Shown: positions 1 through 15,114, counted from the first letter of the whole stretch. The stretch: DNA of 63,724 nucleotides, filler included, from Welwitschia mirabilis (GCA_051453625.1; 4 parts of one record of this genome joined end to end with filler, not necessarily neighbours in it); one strand, 5' to 3'. Notes: generated by a model not told the origin, from the sequence alone. Translations and numbers: made by a program.

Positions 1-2149
1 ATGTAAGATGAAATACAACAGTTCAAGAGAAATAATGTTTGAAAGCTAGTAGAAAGGCCAAAAGATAAAAATGTCATTGGAATTAAGTGGATTTTTAAAA
101 ATAAATGTGATGAAGAAAACAATGTCATTAAAAACAAGGCAATATTATTAGCACAAGGCTATAATCAATTAAAAGGCATTGATGTAGGTGATACTTTTGT
201 TTCTATTACAAGGCTAGATAGCATCAGAGTCCTTTTGTCTTTTTTATCCTATAAAAAATTTAAAGTTTATCAAATGGATGTGAAGAGTGCTTTTCTAAAT
301 GATACTTTAAATGAAGAATCCTATATAGAATAACCACAAGTTTTTATTAATCCTCATAAAATCAATCATGTGTATAGACTTAAGAAATCGTTGTATGAAC
401 TGAAACAAGATCCAAAAGCTTAGTATGAGAAGCTAGCCAACTTTTTAAATAAAAATAGATATATTCATGGAACTGTAAACAAAACCTTATTTATAAATAA
501 CTTCAAAAAGGATTTTATTATTATACAAATTTATGTAGATAATATTATTTTTGGTGCCTCAAATAAAAAAGTTGTCAAAAGAATTTTCAACTATTATGAC
601 AACTCATTTTGAAATAAGTATGCTAGATAAAGTATAAATGTTTCTTAGACTATAGTTCAAATAATTTAAAGATGGGATATTTATTTTTCAATTCAAATAT
701 GCAAAAGATTTAATAAACATTTTGGATTAGAAAATGCAAAAACAACTTACACCTCTAGGTTTATATCATATAAAGTGTGTTTAGATGAAATTTATAAACT
801 AGTGGATCAAAATATTTATAGAAGTATAATAGGTAGNNNNNNNNNNNNNNNNNNNNNNNNNNNNNNNNNNNNNNNNNNNNNNNNNNNNNNNNNNNNNNNN
901 NNNNNNNNNNNNNNNNNNNNNNNNNNNNNNNNNNNNTTTCAAAGTTTATCAAATGGATGTAAAGAGTACTTTTCTAAATGGTACTTTAAATGAAGAAGTC
1001 TATGTAGAGCAACCACGAGATTTTACTAATACTCATAAAACTGATCATGTATATAGACTTAAAAAAGAATTGTATGGATTGGAGCTTAAATATGAGAAGA
1101 TAGCCACTTTTTTAAATGAAAACAGATATATTTATAAAACTATAGATAAAACCTTATTTGTAAAGAATTTTAAAAAGGATTTTATTATTATACAGATTTA
1201 TGTAGATGATATTATTTTTGATGCCTCAAATAAAAATTTATTAAAAGAATTTGCAATTATTATAACAACTCATTTTGAAATGGGTATGCTTAGTGAAGTA
1301 AAAATTTTCTTGAACTATAGGTTAAGTAATCAAAAGATGGGATATTTATTTCTTAATTCAAATATGCAAGAGATTTAATCAAATATTTTGGATTAGAAAA
1401 TGCAAAAACGACTAGCACTTCTGTGTCTACATCATGTAAAGTAAGTTTAGATGAAAATGGTAAATCAATGGATCAAAATCTTTACAAAATAATGACAGGT
1501 AGTTTATTATATTTGACTGCAACTAGACCAAATATTATGTTTAGTGTTAGAGTATGTGTAAGGTATCAATCTCGACCAAAAGAATCACATCTATAAGTAG
1601 AAAAAGAATAATCAGATATGTAAAAGATACATGTGATTATGACTTATGGTATCCTATAGAAAAAGCACAAGTGAAAATTATAAGTTTTAGTAATACAGAT
1701 TGGGCTAGTTGTAAAAATGATAGAAAAAGCACAAGTGGAAATTATTTTCTATTAGGTTTATGTTTAGTAGGATGGATAAGTAAGAAATAAAACTCAATCT
1801 CTCTCTCAACTATTAAAGCAAAATATATTGTAGCAGGTAGTTGTTGTACTTATATTTTGTAGATAAAATAAATCCTAAAGGATTTCAGTGTTAATTTTGA
1901 ACAAGTCCCTATCTTTTGTGATAACACCAGTGTTATAAACATATTAAAAAATCCTATTCAGCACTCAAGAACCAAACATATTAAGCTAAAGCATCATTCA
2001 TAAGAGATCAATTAGAAAAAGGGCACATCTATATGAACTTCATGAGTACATATCAATAGCTGGCAGATATTTTTAATAAACCCCTGAATTTTAATATTTT
2101 TCTTCATCTCAAAAATAAAATGGGGGTTATTTTGTAATCCTATGGCTAA
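1..2149 (+). pseudogene. pol: Copia reverse transcriptase-RNase H with many stops and frameshifts; RT segment duplicated across gap 837-936
   Basis: ORFs 953-1378 (MDVKSTFLNG...YVDDIIF) and 1554-1790 (DWASCKNDRKSTSG); sequence from 937 repeats ~257-836 with divergence. Confidence 0.92.
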
Positions 2150-2911
2150 TTGCAAGACAGTCAACTGGATCCTTAATTTGGTTAACCAGATGCAATCAAT
2201 TAACTGCAAGAAGCTCAGTTTCCTAGACCAACTTAGTTCTATAGGTCCTTCAATGAAAGCTGACAATGTAAGATGGAAGTTTTTTTTATCAAATAACAAT
2301 TGTATTATATGTTTTCATCTTTTTATATTGATTATTTAATTATGTTTTTTCTATGTGCTTTTATTCTCTCCTTTATCATTGATGTTAAAAGGAGGATAAT
2401 TATTTATTTAATATTTGTTGCTTATACTTTCAAATATAGTATGCTCTTGATGAGAACTTTTACTTTGTAATGCTTGCATATGTTTAATGAAATCAACATG
2501 CACTTAGTTCTATATTTTTAATTGGTATTTTAAATCCTTTTTGTGTAATTCATATAAGCTTGACATTTTTCCAATGATAAATATTAATGTTCTAAATGGT
2601 TAACCCATATATTCAAATGTTGTTATTACATATTGAAAATAAACTTTGAAAAGTGTCAATGATCAATATGTTAAATGCTTTATGTAATCACATTATGCTT
2701 TGTATAAAATTTATGTTCTTAACTCTCTAAATTTACCCCTTAAATTCGTCTTAGCTTTGCAAAAAATTTGACTATTCAAAATGTCTTAAATTAATTTCAA
2801 AAGATTAAATACTTTGTAAAGAATAATAGGCATTTTATGAGGAGAAGTTCTCTAAGTCCTAAATATTTTTACAACTAATTATTATTTTCCATTAATGTCA
2901 AGGAGAGATAT

Positions 2912-4372
2912 TATTAGATTAAGTTTTATTACTTGATGTTAAACTAATGTTTTATGTACGCCAAATTTTGTTTATCAAGTGCAGAAAATGTTAATCACTT
3001 AGAAGTTTAATGATGAAGCTAAAACCATTAATTTTTTTATCACTAGAGATCTATTAAATTTAGTTATACTTTTAAGGCATCGACTAGACTTACAAGGGGT
3101 CGACCATACCTAAAGTAAAAACTTAGAAATGAACTAAATTCAAATGGGTCAATTAAATTTTTGATGGAGTCAACTGGACTATGATTTTAAGAGCTAATAT
3201 CCCTAAACCGAATGGCAAGTGGTTAATCAGATCTTTTATGAGATCAACTAGATCTGTGAACCTGAGAAAAATACTTCTGAATCAATTATTAAGGGGTTAA
3301 CTAGACTATTTAAGAGGTCAACCAAACCTAAGCACTATGTAGCTAATACCCCTAAGCCAATTGTCATAGAATCGATTGGACACCTAAAGGAATCAATCAA
3401 GCTTGATGTAAAAAATTAGAATGATCTTTTATCAAGACTAAAGGGTGACTGGATAGAATTATAGTCAACCAGATTAGGGTTAATTAGACCCTAAGGCATT
3501 GAGACGTGAAGCCATAAGAAATTAAGATGATTAAAAATTTCACTTGAGTGACCTATGTAAGTTACAACACCAAATAAGGTCAACCAAACTTGAAACAGAA
3601 GTAAAATTTTCTATTTATTTTATATCTATTATGTATTCATTAGATAGTTATTTTCTAGCTATTTATAGACATTAGAAGTGCATGTTCAAATGTAATAAAC
3701 TCTAAAAGCCTTTCAATATAAATAGCCAAGAGAAATATGCCTAAAATACTTTTCTTTTTTACTCATGAAATAGTATTGAAATCTTGTGATATTCACTATT
3801 GAATCTTGGCATTTGTACTCTTGATCATGGAAGATCTATCATCTGAGTTATTTGTACATTCAAGGTTAGATCTAGTGCTTTATTTATTCTACTATCTATA
3901 GGAGAAGAGCTCCATCAAATTCATTATACCAAAGAATGAGTGGTATTTGTGCATTAAGGCATTCTTACCACCACTACGACATCTTCTGAAGGTTGAGACT
4001 GAGCCTACAAAAGTTTGGTTGGAAAGGTTGAAACTTAGCCTATAAAAGTCCATTTGTAAAGGTTATAGGTAAACCTACAATACCTAGAATAGTTAACAAA
4101 GATCCAAATTAATATTGGGAATAAGTTGATCATCAAGAGTGGAGTAGGGGATTTCTTTAACCATTATAAAATCCTATGTGCATCTATTTAGTATTTTATG
4201 CTTTTTGTTAGTTTTATTACTTTGATTACTTTTAGTTTTTCTTTATATGCATAATTTTATTATCAAATTATTTTGATCAAGATTTTGGTATATCATGAAT
4301 TGTTAGTTCATTTTATTTAATTATTATTTAAAAGAAAAACTTATTCACTCCCTAAGATTCTTGATCCTATCA
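2912..4372 (+). repeat. SIRE-1 3' LTR (starts TA, a decayed TG; ends CA)
   Basis: Follows PPT AAGGAGAGATA; TATAAATA at 3717; homologous to LTRs at 28001-29321(-) and 57680-59163(+). Confidence 0.85.
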
Positions 4373-6099
4373 GCATCCACCTCACATATCACTTGTCACC
4401 TGTATTGTTGGTATATCAAGGTGAACTAAAATCCTATAGAGTTAAGCATAGCCATGTTTATATAGTTTAGAATTTAAAGTAGAACTAACTCACATCTAAA
4501 GGGTGGCCAAATATTGAGTTAAAATTCCATTAATTAGAATTTAAACCTCCTATCATATTGGTTAGATATTATCCTTAAAATTTATCCATATATGTTGACA
4601 ATAAGTTTACATCACCTCAACTATTCATAAGATATTTTTTTTAAGACCAAAAACCAGGAAGAAATGAAGGATACAAAATTTTCATATTGCTATTGTTTGT
4701 AAACTGAAATAACCTAAAAATTAATTATAAGTAACTATATGATATTAATATGATTTTTCTTTCTTATAATATGAAAATTCTAATTAAGGAGTAAGCAGAA
4801 TTTGGTTCTAGATTCTGCTATGTTTATTAGGTAAAACTATTAAAGAATAAAGAAAGGTAAATAAAAAAATAGTACTTAATCAAGTTAAAATAAAAGAGGG
4901 TGTTATAAATTGATATTAAAGATTTAGATTAACTTAAATAATACTTATGTTAAACAATTACAAATTCATAAGAATATAAATCCAATTACAGTTTTAACAA
5001 CCTTTCTCCTTAATAATTATGAATTTAGTGGTAACTATAAAAACCTTAATTTATAATAGCTATAAAGTTGGTTATATCTCTAATAATCTTAAACCATAAG
5101 TAAAATTAATTATATCCTTAAAAATACTAGATTTCAGAATAACTTAACTCCTAGGTAATCTTGAAGTTAATCATAGCTTCTAATATTCATGAATTCCATT
5201 ATACTTATAATTTTCCTACTATCTATATATGTACCCAATTATATTTATATTAATTTCAATAATTATAAAGATTACACTAATCATAATCTTAGGACCTAAA
5301 TAATCCTATAAGTTGGTTGTATTTTTTATATCTCCAAAGTATTCATAATGTTAATATAATCCCAATGCCTGCATGATCATTATGTTAATCATAATTATGA
5401 CAATTCTAAATCCCTAAATAAACTAAAATGAATTATGAACTCAAGTCATTAAATACTCTATTACCTTATAGATATAGATGATAATTACCTTCAAGGATTC
5501 CTGTTATCTTAATAATTTAGGACAATGACCTTATGTGATTACTTAAAGAGCTTAATCTTTTGCAAATATAAAATAAAACCTTATAATTAGAAAACTTTTA
5601 AAATAATCAAACTTCCAACCATGTTATTCATTCTAAATTATAGCATCACATAAATTTATAGTGAAAATCCATATTCATAACTTGTAAACCTTATCTATTA
5701 AAAATAAAGAAAGGAGATAAACTTAATTATGTGGTTTAAAACATAAATAAGGACTCATCACATCATAATAATAACCATGTCCTTCCTAACATTATAAAAA
5801 TATTTCTAAGTTTAACCTTTACTAATATCTATCTTATTTCCAAATATAATCTCATGAAAATTTTGCATTCTTTTAGATGTCTCATCATTGTCAATTAAAT
5901 CTTAAAGCAAGTTCAGTTGCATTAAGTAATCAAGGTTAGTTATACCAAGTAATTAAAATCAAAAGAACACATAAAATAATTAGCAACATAATAATGGAAA
6001 TCAAACCCTATTCTAACTTAATCTAGAAGAAGTAATGAATACCTTTATGCAATTCCTATTACAAATAGTAAATCAATATCAAAATCCACTAGTAAATAA

Positions 6100-6450
6100 T
6101 GGTACCAATCAACCTAAGGAAGTGGTTATGAGGAAATTAATTTAAATGTTTATCAAAATAAATCCATCAAAGTTTTTAGGAGGTTCAGATCCTTTTAAAG
6201 TAGAAGCATGGCTAAGTGATGTTAAAAATGTTATAGGTATCTTAGGATGTGATGAATATGAAAAGGCTTCCTTAGCTATTTATATGTTATAAGGAGAAGC
6301 TAATCAATGGTGCAAAATAAAAATGACCAACTTAGAAGTTCTAGAACTTTCATGGATGGCATTTAAGCATATCTTTAAAGAGAGGTATATCATCAAGTTC
6401 TATATTCTCTAAAAGGTTATAGAATTCTATAATCTATTCACTTCTTATAT
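6100..6450 (+). pseudogene. gag: Ty3/gypsy gag (Retrotrans_gag-like) remnant
   Basis: Hand translation FIKINPSKFLGGSDPFKVEAWLSDVKNVIGILGCDEYEKASLAIYML*GEANQWC fits the chromovirus gag pattern. Confidence 0.8.
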
Positions 6451-6906
6451 GATCTCTTATTCAAGATTTCTAATTAACCTTAATATTGGCTTTGGTATTA
6501 TTTAGATGCTATCATCACAAAGTGCACTTGATGTGAAGCCTATGGATAACTAAGAAGTAAGTATCTTAGTCATAACATAAATTATTCTATCATAATATTT
6601 AATCTTATCATGTTAATTACAATGTAATGTAATAAAGATAATTAATAAAATTAAAAAATTAATGCTTTAGATATGAGTTGGTTAATGCAAAATAGAGTAG
6701 TAATAAATTATGAAAAGTTAATATCTAAATATTTTTGAATTTCATAACATGTAGTTAGATGTCTTAAGATCTTTATGTATCTTGATTCCTAGGAATGAAT
6801 TAATCTAACCAGGGTAAAATATCATATCCTATATTTTATAAATCTTATTTAATTAAATATTAATTATCTTAACTCCCAGGAGTAAATCATTCTAAGTTGG
6901 AGAGAA

Positions 6907-9900
6907 TGTCATATCCCATATTTTGTAAATCTTATTTACTTAAAAATTAGGTACATTAGGCTTTTAGTTAATGATTAATTATCTCTATTTAAGTTCCTTA
7001 TCAAATAAGATGTCATTATAAAATTATCCTTAGTTTGTAATCTTTATAATTTATCATGAAAGTGATAAAAATTATGTTAAAAGCTTTTATGAAAAAAATC
7101 TTCCAAACATTTAAAATTACATACTTTCATTATGTGAAAAATTAAAATCACATGATAAAACTAACTAATTAAAAGTTTCAAGAGGACATAATAATATATT
7201 TTTCATACTCATTTATGTTCTTGGTAAATGTAATATGTGCACTATATTATGAATAAATATTTTCTTCCTTGTATTATGTGATTCATATATTTTATGTATT
7301 TTAAAATAAATTAGTACTTAAATAAGTACATGCACTTTTACTCAGAACCAAGAAAGATAAATAAGTAGGTTTACTCTACCATAACTTTTATATTCTTGAG
7401 ATATGTAAGGGAACTTTGTTTATAGCATACTCATTGCTTTATTCATTGGAATTGAAACATTTGTCTCATTATACTACATGTGAATTTTAAGATTTGTGCA
7501 TTTTTTCTTTTGATACATGTTTTATATGAATTAAAATTACTTATGAGCCTATGAAGGATTAAAACGAGATAGCATGGGGAAATGATGTATGTATTTAAAC
7601 TTGCTAATTGAAGCAAAATGATTACTCATCCTAGTTAGGTGTATGAATCATAAATACAATCTATATATGTAATCCAATATCACTTACTACTCATCCCACT
7701 TATTAATGCTAAATCATGTGATTTTGTTATCTTAAGCTATGTCCTTTATTTGTTTATATATAGAGATTATTTTCTCTCTTGTAAAAGGAGATACTTTTCT
7801 TTTATTTTGTACAAGTACATTACTTATTTCATCTCTCTCACACACACATACACATACACACACACTCTCTCACACATTCTCTTACTTATGGAGCTTAAAT
7901 CTTAAAAGTTTGAAGCTAAATAACTCTTAAGCATGGATCTTTATAATCTTTAACTATCAAGATCTTACTTATCTTTCCAAGTACGATCCTTACTCTTATT
8001 GTTCTTATGATCTCCTTTTTTTAATTAGAATGAAGGGATATTTCATTATGGAATTATATATGGATTTTATGTAATTATGTTATAAAATACTTTCCCCTCC
8101 CATTGGCAACCACCAAGATGTCATAGTGAGACATAAGGGTGTCTCTTATACTTGGTTATGATGGATTACTAATGGATAATTATGGTCAAGTGACTAGAGG
8201 GTTCACTATGAAAAGAAAAAAAGGAATTTAAGTACCCATGTTTATTTTAGTATTATATTAATTCTTATTTATTATCCATTAGGAACATCTTATTAGGGGC
8301 AAATTTTGATCCTTAAAATTCTTTTTAGGCTGATACTCTTTTATGGAAATCTCAAGGATTATAGTAAATGTTTTTTTAATTGATTTGATTTTTCTTTTTA
8401 TAATTATTCTTTTATTTTTGTACTTGATTTCTTTTTCTATAATTAATTATTTAGTATATCCATTATTTTTCTGATCTGATTTATTTCTTAAGTAGTTATA
8501 TAAACTTTATCATATTTTTGTTATGGCGAAAATTAAATTTCTAGATTAGAGACATAAGATAAAAACACTATATCATATTAATCAATAGGTATATTCTAGG
8601 ATTGTATTATAAATTGGAAAATATAAAAATATTAATTTTTTAATGAGTAGTTATTTTTAAAATATTTAATTCTTAAAATGTGTTAGAAAATAGATGCTAA
8701 AAAAAGTAACCAAGTAATTTATGTTTATGTACCTGCCTATGAATATATTTATCAACATGAATATCCTATGTTGTCAAAAATTGAATAATCTTTCTAAAAA
8801 ATTTTGAATCATTTATAAACTCAAAGTATATTAAACATTATGATTATTTTGGTGTAGGGTGGTAGGACTATAATTTTAGAAAATTTGAATGTTTTTGACC
8901 TTAAAGGATAAAGTTAGAAATAATACTTTTATAATTTCAAAATAGTTAAAGTTAAATTCTAAGAAACCTATTATGTGTTTGGTTTTTTGAAAAACTACTA
9001 TAATTTAATTTTTGATTTGTAATTAATTAATTATTAATTTTTAATTATGATATCTTCTTAAAGCCTAAAAATGTTATAATTAATGTTTAAAATTATAGAA
9101 AAATTAATATATAAAATTTTATAAGAAACTTAAGTATATAAAATATGTTTTTATTAGTAAATTTAAGTTAAATTACTATAAGCATTATTTATTTGTATAA
9201 ATACCTCTTTTATCCCTTTATCTTTAGCTTACTTTGAATGTGCATGATTATAAGAGTTTTCAGCTTAGTAGTTTAAGTAACATAAGTAATACTTAACTTA
9301 TCAATTTTTGAATTGATTTATAATATAGTCATATTAGTATTAAATAAAGATTTATATCTTAATAATTATGCTTGACCCATACTTTCTTTTGTTTACATTC
9401 TTTGCACCAATCCATGGAGATTGTCATATGAGCATGAAAGAATGTTTTTAGGATTAGCATAGCTCTAGGTATGTGTTAGTTTCTTTAAGTACATTATTAT
9501 AATTTTATTTGTTACATTTTAAATATTTTTATTATTATTGAAAGAAAAATAAAGGAATATTTGTTTTATTCAGACATAAAATAAAATGATATTTCCTTTA
9601 TCTAGATTTTTATTATTATAATCTTGAATATAAAAATGTCCTTGTATGCTTACTTTCTTTTTATAGTTGTTTCTATAACATGAATCAAATGATGATTAGA
9701 ATTATTATAACTAGGTAAATAATATTAAATAACCACATTAGTTAGAATTATTTACATGCATTTGTATGGTGTATTCATCAAATAGAACTAAATCAAGACA
9801 ATTCCATTAATTTTCATTCCCACAATTGCATTTCATCACTAAGGTGGATTGCATTGCATTTTTTTTATAATACCATTCTGGAAGTGGATTTGATCACTAG

Positions 9901-10559
9901 TCTTTTGTCCTACCCATGTATGAACTTACTTTGACTTAATATCTTGAGCCTTTGACATCGATGGATCTTATAGCACCATCTAAAGATGCTTCAAGGAAGT
10001 AAGGGTCATTTGTAAGCATGTATCAACCTCACATACTGCTTGTTACCTATATTGGAGGTTTATCGAGGTGAAGTAAAATCCTACAAATTTGAGCCCAACA
10101 ATGTTTGTACAGTTTAGAATCTAAAGTAGAACCAACTTATGAACTAACTTATGTCTAGAAAGTGGCTGAATATCAAATTGGAATGTCATTAATTGGAGTT
10201 GTAACCTTCTATTATATTAATTAGGTATTATTCTTAAAACTTATCCATGTATATTAACAACAAATTTATATCTTCTCAACTATTTATAAGATATTTTTTA
10301 TGTGATGAAAAAACTAGGAAGAAATGAAGGATACAAACTTATGACACTACTATTATTTGTAAACTAAAATAATCTAGAAATTAATTATAGGTAAATATCT
10401 AATATTAATATAATTTATCTTTCTTAGAATATAGAAATTATAATAAGGTCATAAGTATAATTTACTCCTATATTCCACTGTGTCTATTAGATAATAATAT
10501 TAAAGAAGAAAGGAAGAGGAAAAAGATAAAAAAATATATAGTGCTTAATTAGGGTAAGA
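6907..10559 (+). repeat. Tekay-like 3' LTR (~3.6 kb), interrupted just before its terminus
   Basis: TG start after PPT; 3' part aligns with 4373-4890 and 11382-12720 but lacks the final TAAAAGAGGGTGTTACA. Confidence 0.65.
7832..7879. repeat. (CT)n/(CA)n microsatellite inside LTR
   Basis: tctctctcacacacacatacacatacacacacactctctcacac seen directly. Confidence 0.9.
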
Positions 10560-12737
10560 GAAGCAATGGTTTTACATATTATCATACATTTTATCAATGA
10601 AAGATTATTTATAATGAAGACTCAAGGCCTTTTATAGATGAGGAAAGGCTTTGGAAGCTTTGACATATTGTGATTAATGAAAGTTACATAAAAGTGGTTA
10701 TACTTTGGAGCAATTACATTAAGAGAAGATTATAAATTTTAGCATGTATTCTTAATAAAGAATTCCTTATCTTCTTTTCAAAAAAAGGTGATGACATTGA
10801 CTTTGGGTAATGATGTTCTTGTCACTAGATATTATACCATGTGTTCTCCACATCATTATGCTCATTACTACCACATCTTACTACAACGTGTTATCTTATG
10901 CCTTTGTCACATGTCATAAAAGTTAATGGTTAATTCTGATTTAACATTCAAGCAAGCACATAAGTAAATGTGATGTATTTTCCATAAATATATGAGAACA
11001 TAAAAATGAACTCATTTTTCCATGAAATACTAGTGCCATTAGTGATCTAGATGGGTACACTTGCATTTTCTATTAGAATGTCTTCAATTTGCAGGATATT
11101 TTTCAGAAGATAGTAATTAATCTACAAATGTTATGAAAAAGTACATAAATTTATAATTCACAATAAAAAAAAAGTAGAATACATAATTTTATGATAAAAT
11201 AGCTATTTTAATATCTTTATCTATACTAAATTGATTAAATATACTTGACTGCAATGTCAATTTTTTCCCTTAAACATAACTNNNNNNNNNNNNNNNNNNN
11301 NNNNNNNNNNNNNNNNNNNNNNNNNNNNNNNNNNNNNNNNNNNNNNNNNNNNNNNNNNNNNNNNNNNNNNNNNNNNNNNNNAAATTATTTATAAGTAGTA
11401 TTTAATTTTACAAATAACGCTTTTACCCATTTTTCCTTAACTTACTTCAAATGTGCATGCTTATAAGCATTTTTACATTAATAGTTAAGTGAAATAAGTA
11501 TTCTCTAGTTTATTGCTTATTTTTATTAACTTATAATATAGCCATATGGAATATTGAATAAGTACATATATCTTAATAATTATTCTTGATCTACACCTAC
11601 TTTTGTTTACCTTCTTTGCACCAATCCATGGTGATTGTCATATGAGCATGGAAGAGTATTTCTAAGATTGACATAGCTATAGGTATGTTTTAGTTTGTTT
11701 AGGTATATTATTTTATATTTTTTTAAAATGGAAAAAATAATATTTCTTTTATTTAAATAGAAAATAAAAGAAAATATTATTTCCTTTATCTAGATTTTTA
11801 TCATGATAATCTTGGAAAAATAATTATTCTTGTATGGTTGCTTTCTTTTTATGTTTGTTTCTATAAAATGAATCAAATCATGATTAGAATTATTATAACT
11901 AGGTAGATAATTCATTAAATATCTCCATTAGTTAAGACTGTTTACATGCATTTGTATAATGTATTCATTAAACAAGACTAATCAAGATCATTTTAATAAT
12001 GTTCATTCCCATACTTGGATTTCATCACCAAGATAGATTGCATTTTTTTTTAANNNNNNNNNNNNNNNNNNNNNNNNNNNNNNNNNNNNNNNNNNNNNNN
12101 NNNNNNNNNNNNNNNNNNNNNNNNNNNNNNNNNNNNNNNNNNNNNNNNNNNNNNNNNNNNNNNNNNNNNNNNNNNNNNNNNNNNNCAGGAGTTCTTTGTA
12201 AGCATGCATCCACCTTACATACTAGCTACCACCTATATTGATGGTATATTGAGGTGAAGTAAAAGCCTATGAAGCTGATAAAGTCATATTTGTATAGTTT
12301 AAAACTTAATGAAAAACCAACTCATGTCTAGAGGGTGGACAGATATCAAGTTAAAATGCCATTAATTAGAGTTGTAGTCTCTAATTATATTGGTTAGGTA
12401 TTATCTTTAAAATTTATTCATATATGTTGACAATAAGTTTACATATCCTTGACTATTTATAAGATATCTTTTATGTGACAAAGGACTAGAAATAAATGAA
12501 GGACACAAACTTATGATATCTCCATTAATTGTAAACCAAAATAACCTAGAAAATAATTAGAGGTAAATATATGATATTAATATGATTTCGATTTCTTATA
12601 ATATGGAAATTATAATTAAAGAGTAAGTGGAATTTATTCCTAGGTTCTATTGTGTTTATTAGTTGAAAATATTAAAGAAGAAAGAAAGTCAAAAAAAAAA
12701 GTTACTTAATTAGGATAGAATAAAAGAGTGTGTTACA

Positions 12738-15114
12738 ATGTAACTATCATGTAAAGATGAACTGATGTTATGGATCATCTATCTGTGCAAAATGCGATAG
12801 GTAGGTGTCAAATGTGTAATCAAAACTCCTTACATATTACCTATAACATCTAATAATATGTTAAGTGTAATGCCATAAGCATAATGACCCTCTATCCCAT
12901 CAGCTGAATAGATATATATACTCTTGATGCCACCTAAACTAGTTATAGTAGTAATATGGCTTAGGAGGACAGACATTTCATGATCATGTACTAAAGCTAT
13001 AATCATGTTAACCAAGTGGTTATAGGCATCCAAACATCTCTATGTATGCATGGTATCATAAATCTCATGGGTCTCTAAATAAAAATATAGTCTGTGGGCA
13101 TTAATGAGCTAGCTTAAATGTAAATCTATTAGTCTCTGGTCCATCCCTAGCTCTATTAACTCATGAAGTTATCAAAATATCTCTTAATATAGATAGCATC
13201 CACCTGAATAGACCAAGAATGTTCCTATCATGGTGGAGGATGTACAAGCTGGACATGCTCTATAACTGGTGAAACTAGAGGATCCGCCTCTTGCTTTATT
13301 GGCTTGGCCTTTACCTCAACCCACCTAGCTCTATGTATGAATGGCTTAATCACACAAAAATATAGTGCATTATCCTTATCGAGTGGAAATTACAAAAATT
13401 TACATCTCATGAAAAATCTAAGATAACCTTTCAAAGTGAAATTTTAGGCATGAAAATATGCCCTCCTATGTCCTCCATATTAGATAATGGAGTGAAAAAC
13501 ATTATGTAAAAATTAGGAAAATTCACAACTCCCAATTCAGTGAACCCCACATAAAGTTGAAAGCTAAAAGCACTCTAATGAAAAATCTAATCCATTAACA
13601 ATGTATAGCTCATTACATTGATCAATTTTGCTTAAAGGATCATGTCAATCTGACCTAAGTTTATAAGAAAATGAGTTATAAAGATAAAAACCTAATTCAA
13701 CCTCATAGAATGCAAAATTTCAGATTTCATGAAAAATACATGGTGAAAACTAAATTCATAAGTTCCAAATTGAAGAGTATGAAAAATTCAATGACATATG
13801 TCCAAACTACACTCCAAAAGCTCAAGAAATGAGAGAAAAAATAAAAAATAGATAAAATAAAAAAAAATGCACCTCATTTTCAAAAAGTTGATTGGATCTA
13901 ATAATCTAGTATGTGAAAATCTTGATAATTAATCTCAAATTAATGGTATGCTTAATCATGAAATGTCTCTCATGAAAGAAAAGAGTAAAAAGCTTAGAAA
14001 TGGTGAAAATGGTGTTTAGAAAATGGCAGCCCATAGTTTTAACACACTATCATCNNNNNNNNNNNNNNNNNNNNNNNNNNNNNNNNNNNNNNNNNNNNNN
14101 NNNNNNNNNNNNNNNNNNNNNNNNNNNNNNNNNNNNNNNNNNNNNNNNNNNNNNNNNNNNNNNNNNNNNNNNNNNNNNNNNNNNNNNNNNNNNNNNNNNN
14201 NNNNNNNNNNNNNNNNNNNNNNNNNNNNNNNNNNNNTAAGGATTTAAGAAGATTCTAAAAACTATAAAAATGTGAGTGACTAAAAGATTAGGTGATGAAA
14301 ATGTGCTAGGTGGAATGAAGCATGTATAAGTGCTAACCCAATATGCCCTAACAAAAATAGCATGTAAAACTCCGAAAGCCTAAAAGAATGAAGATCACAA
14401 AAATTTCAAGAAAACTTATCTAATTAGGAAATTAGTTTTTATTTAAAATGAACAATTAATAAGCAAGAAAACTACTAAATTTTAAGGTTCTCAAATAATA
14501 TAAAAGCATAATAATAACTTTGAAATAACTAATTGAACAACCTAAAATGGACATAAGGAACATGAAAAATATAGCCTACCTATCCTAAATCCTAATCTAG
14601 TAAAATTCCGTGGAAGAAATCATAACATCACTTAATTTATAATTCATGGCTACATGTATAATTCTAGAAGATTCCATTTGATAAGGTAATAGTTTTGATA
14701 ATGCTAAAAATCAAATGTCTAAAAAATGAGTGAAAAGATCAAATAGTTGATTAAAAATAAACTCACCTATTTACATCTCAAAATAAATATCTAAATATCA
14801 AAAGGGAAATGATCATGTGAAAAGACTGAGAGTCTAAGAAATAATCAATGCTTTTGATGATACTAAGAACACCACTAATTCCATAGCCTTAAAGTTTTTA
14901 TTATTTCATTTTGCATGATAAGAAACATAAAAATATAGTCAGAGAAGTAAGGACTCATAAATTATGATCAAATAACCTCTTAGTGAAGTTTCCACTAACA
15001 AAGCTTTTCTCAGGAAAATTTACCCTAGTGTGATTGTGATAGAACATCATGGTGATCATGTTTTTAACTGAGCTCAAATAGAAGACATCATGGCTTTATT
15101 TCTTCACACACACA

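Larger units (their letters stand above)
1..4372 (+). mobile_element. Sirevirus (Ty1/copia) family SIRE-1, 3' part: RT-RNaseH, multi-PPT region, 3' LTR; no env-like ORF
   Basis: Copia RT motifs (QMDVKSAFLNG, IIQIYVDDIIF), RNaseH (NPIQHSRTKHI, LADIFNKPL), PPT-like tracts at ~2388, ~2839 and ~2900, and an LTR ending ATTCACTCCCTAAGATTCTTGATCCTATCA. Confidence 0.9.
4373..12737 (+). mobile_element. Tekay/Del-like Ty3/gypsy non-autonomous (gag-only) element with long LTRs
   Basis: LTR end GAGGGTGTTATA at 4907 followed by decayed iMet PBS TGATATTAAAGA; gag remnant; PPT AAGTTGGAGAGAA then TGTCATATCCC at 6907; LTR 3' segment recurs at ~10017-10559 and ~12200-12737 (ending GTGTGTTACA). Confidence 0.72.

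Noticed and set aside
10560-11281. Unassigned insert in the Tekay-like LTR with a minus-strand TATA-like CTATAAAAGG
   Set aside because: Probably another LTR fragment, but no termini, PBS or PPT are visible to support a call
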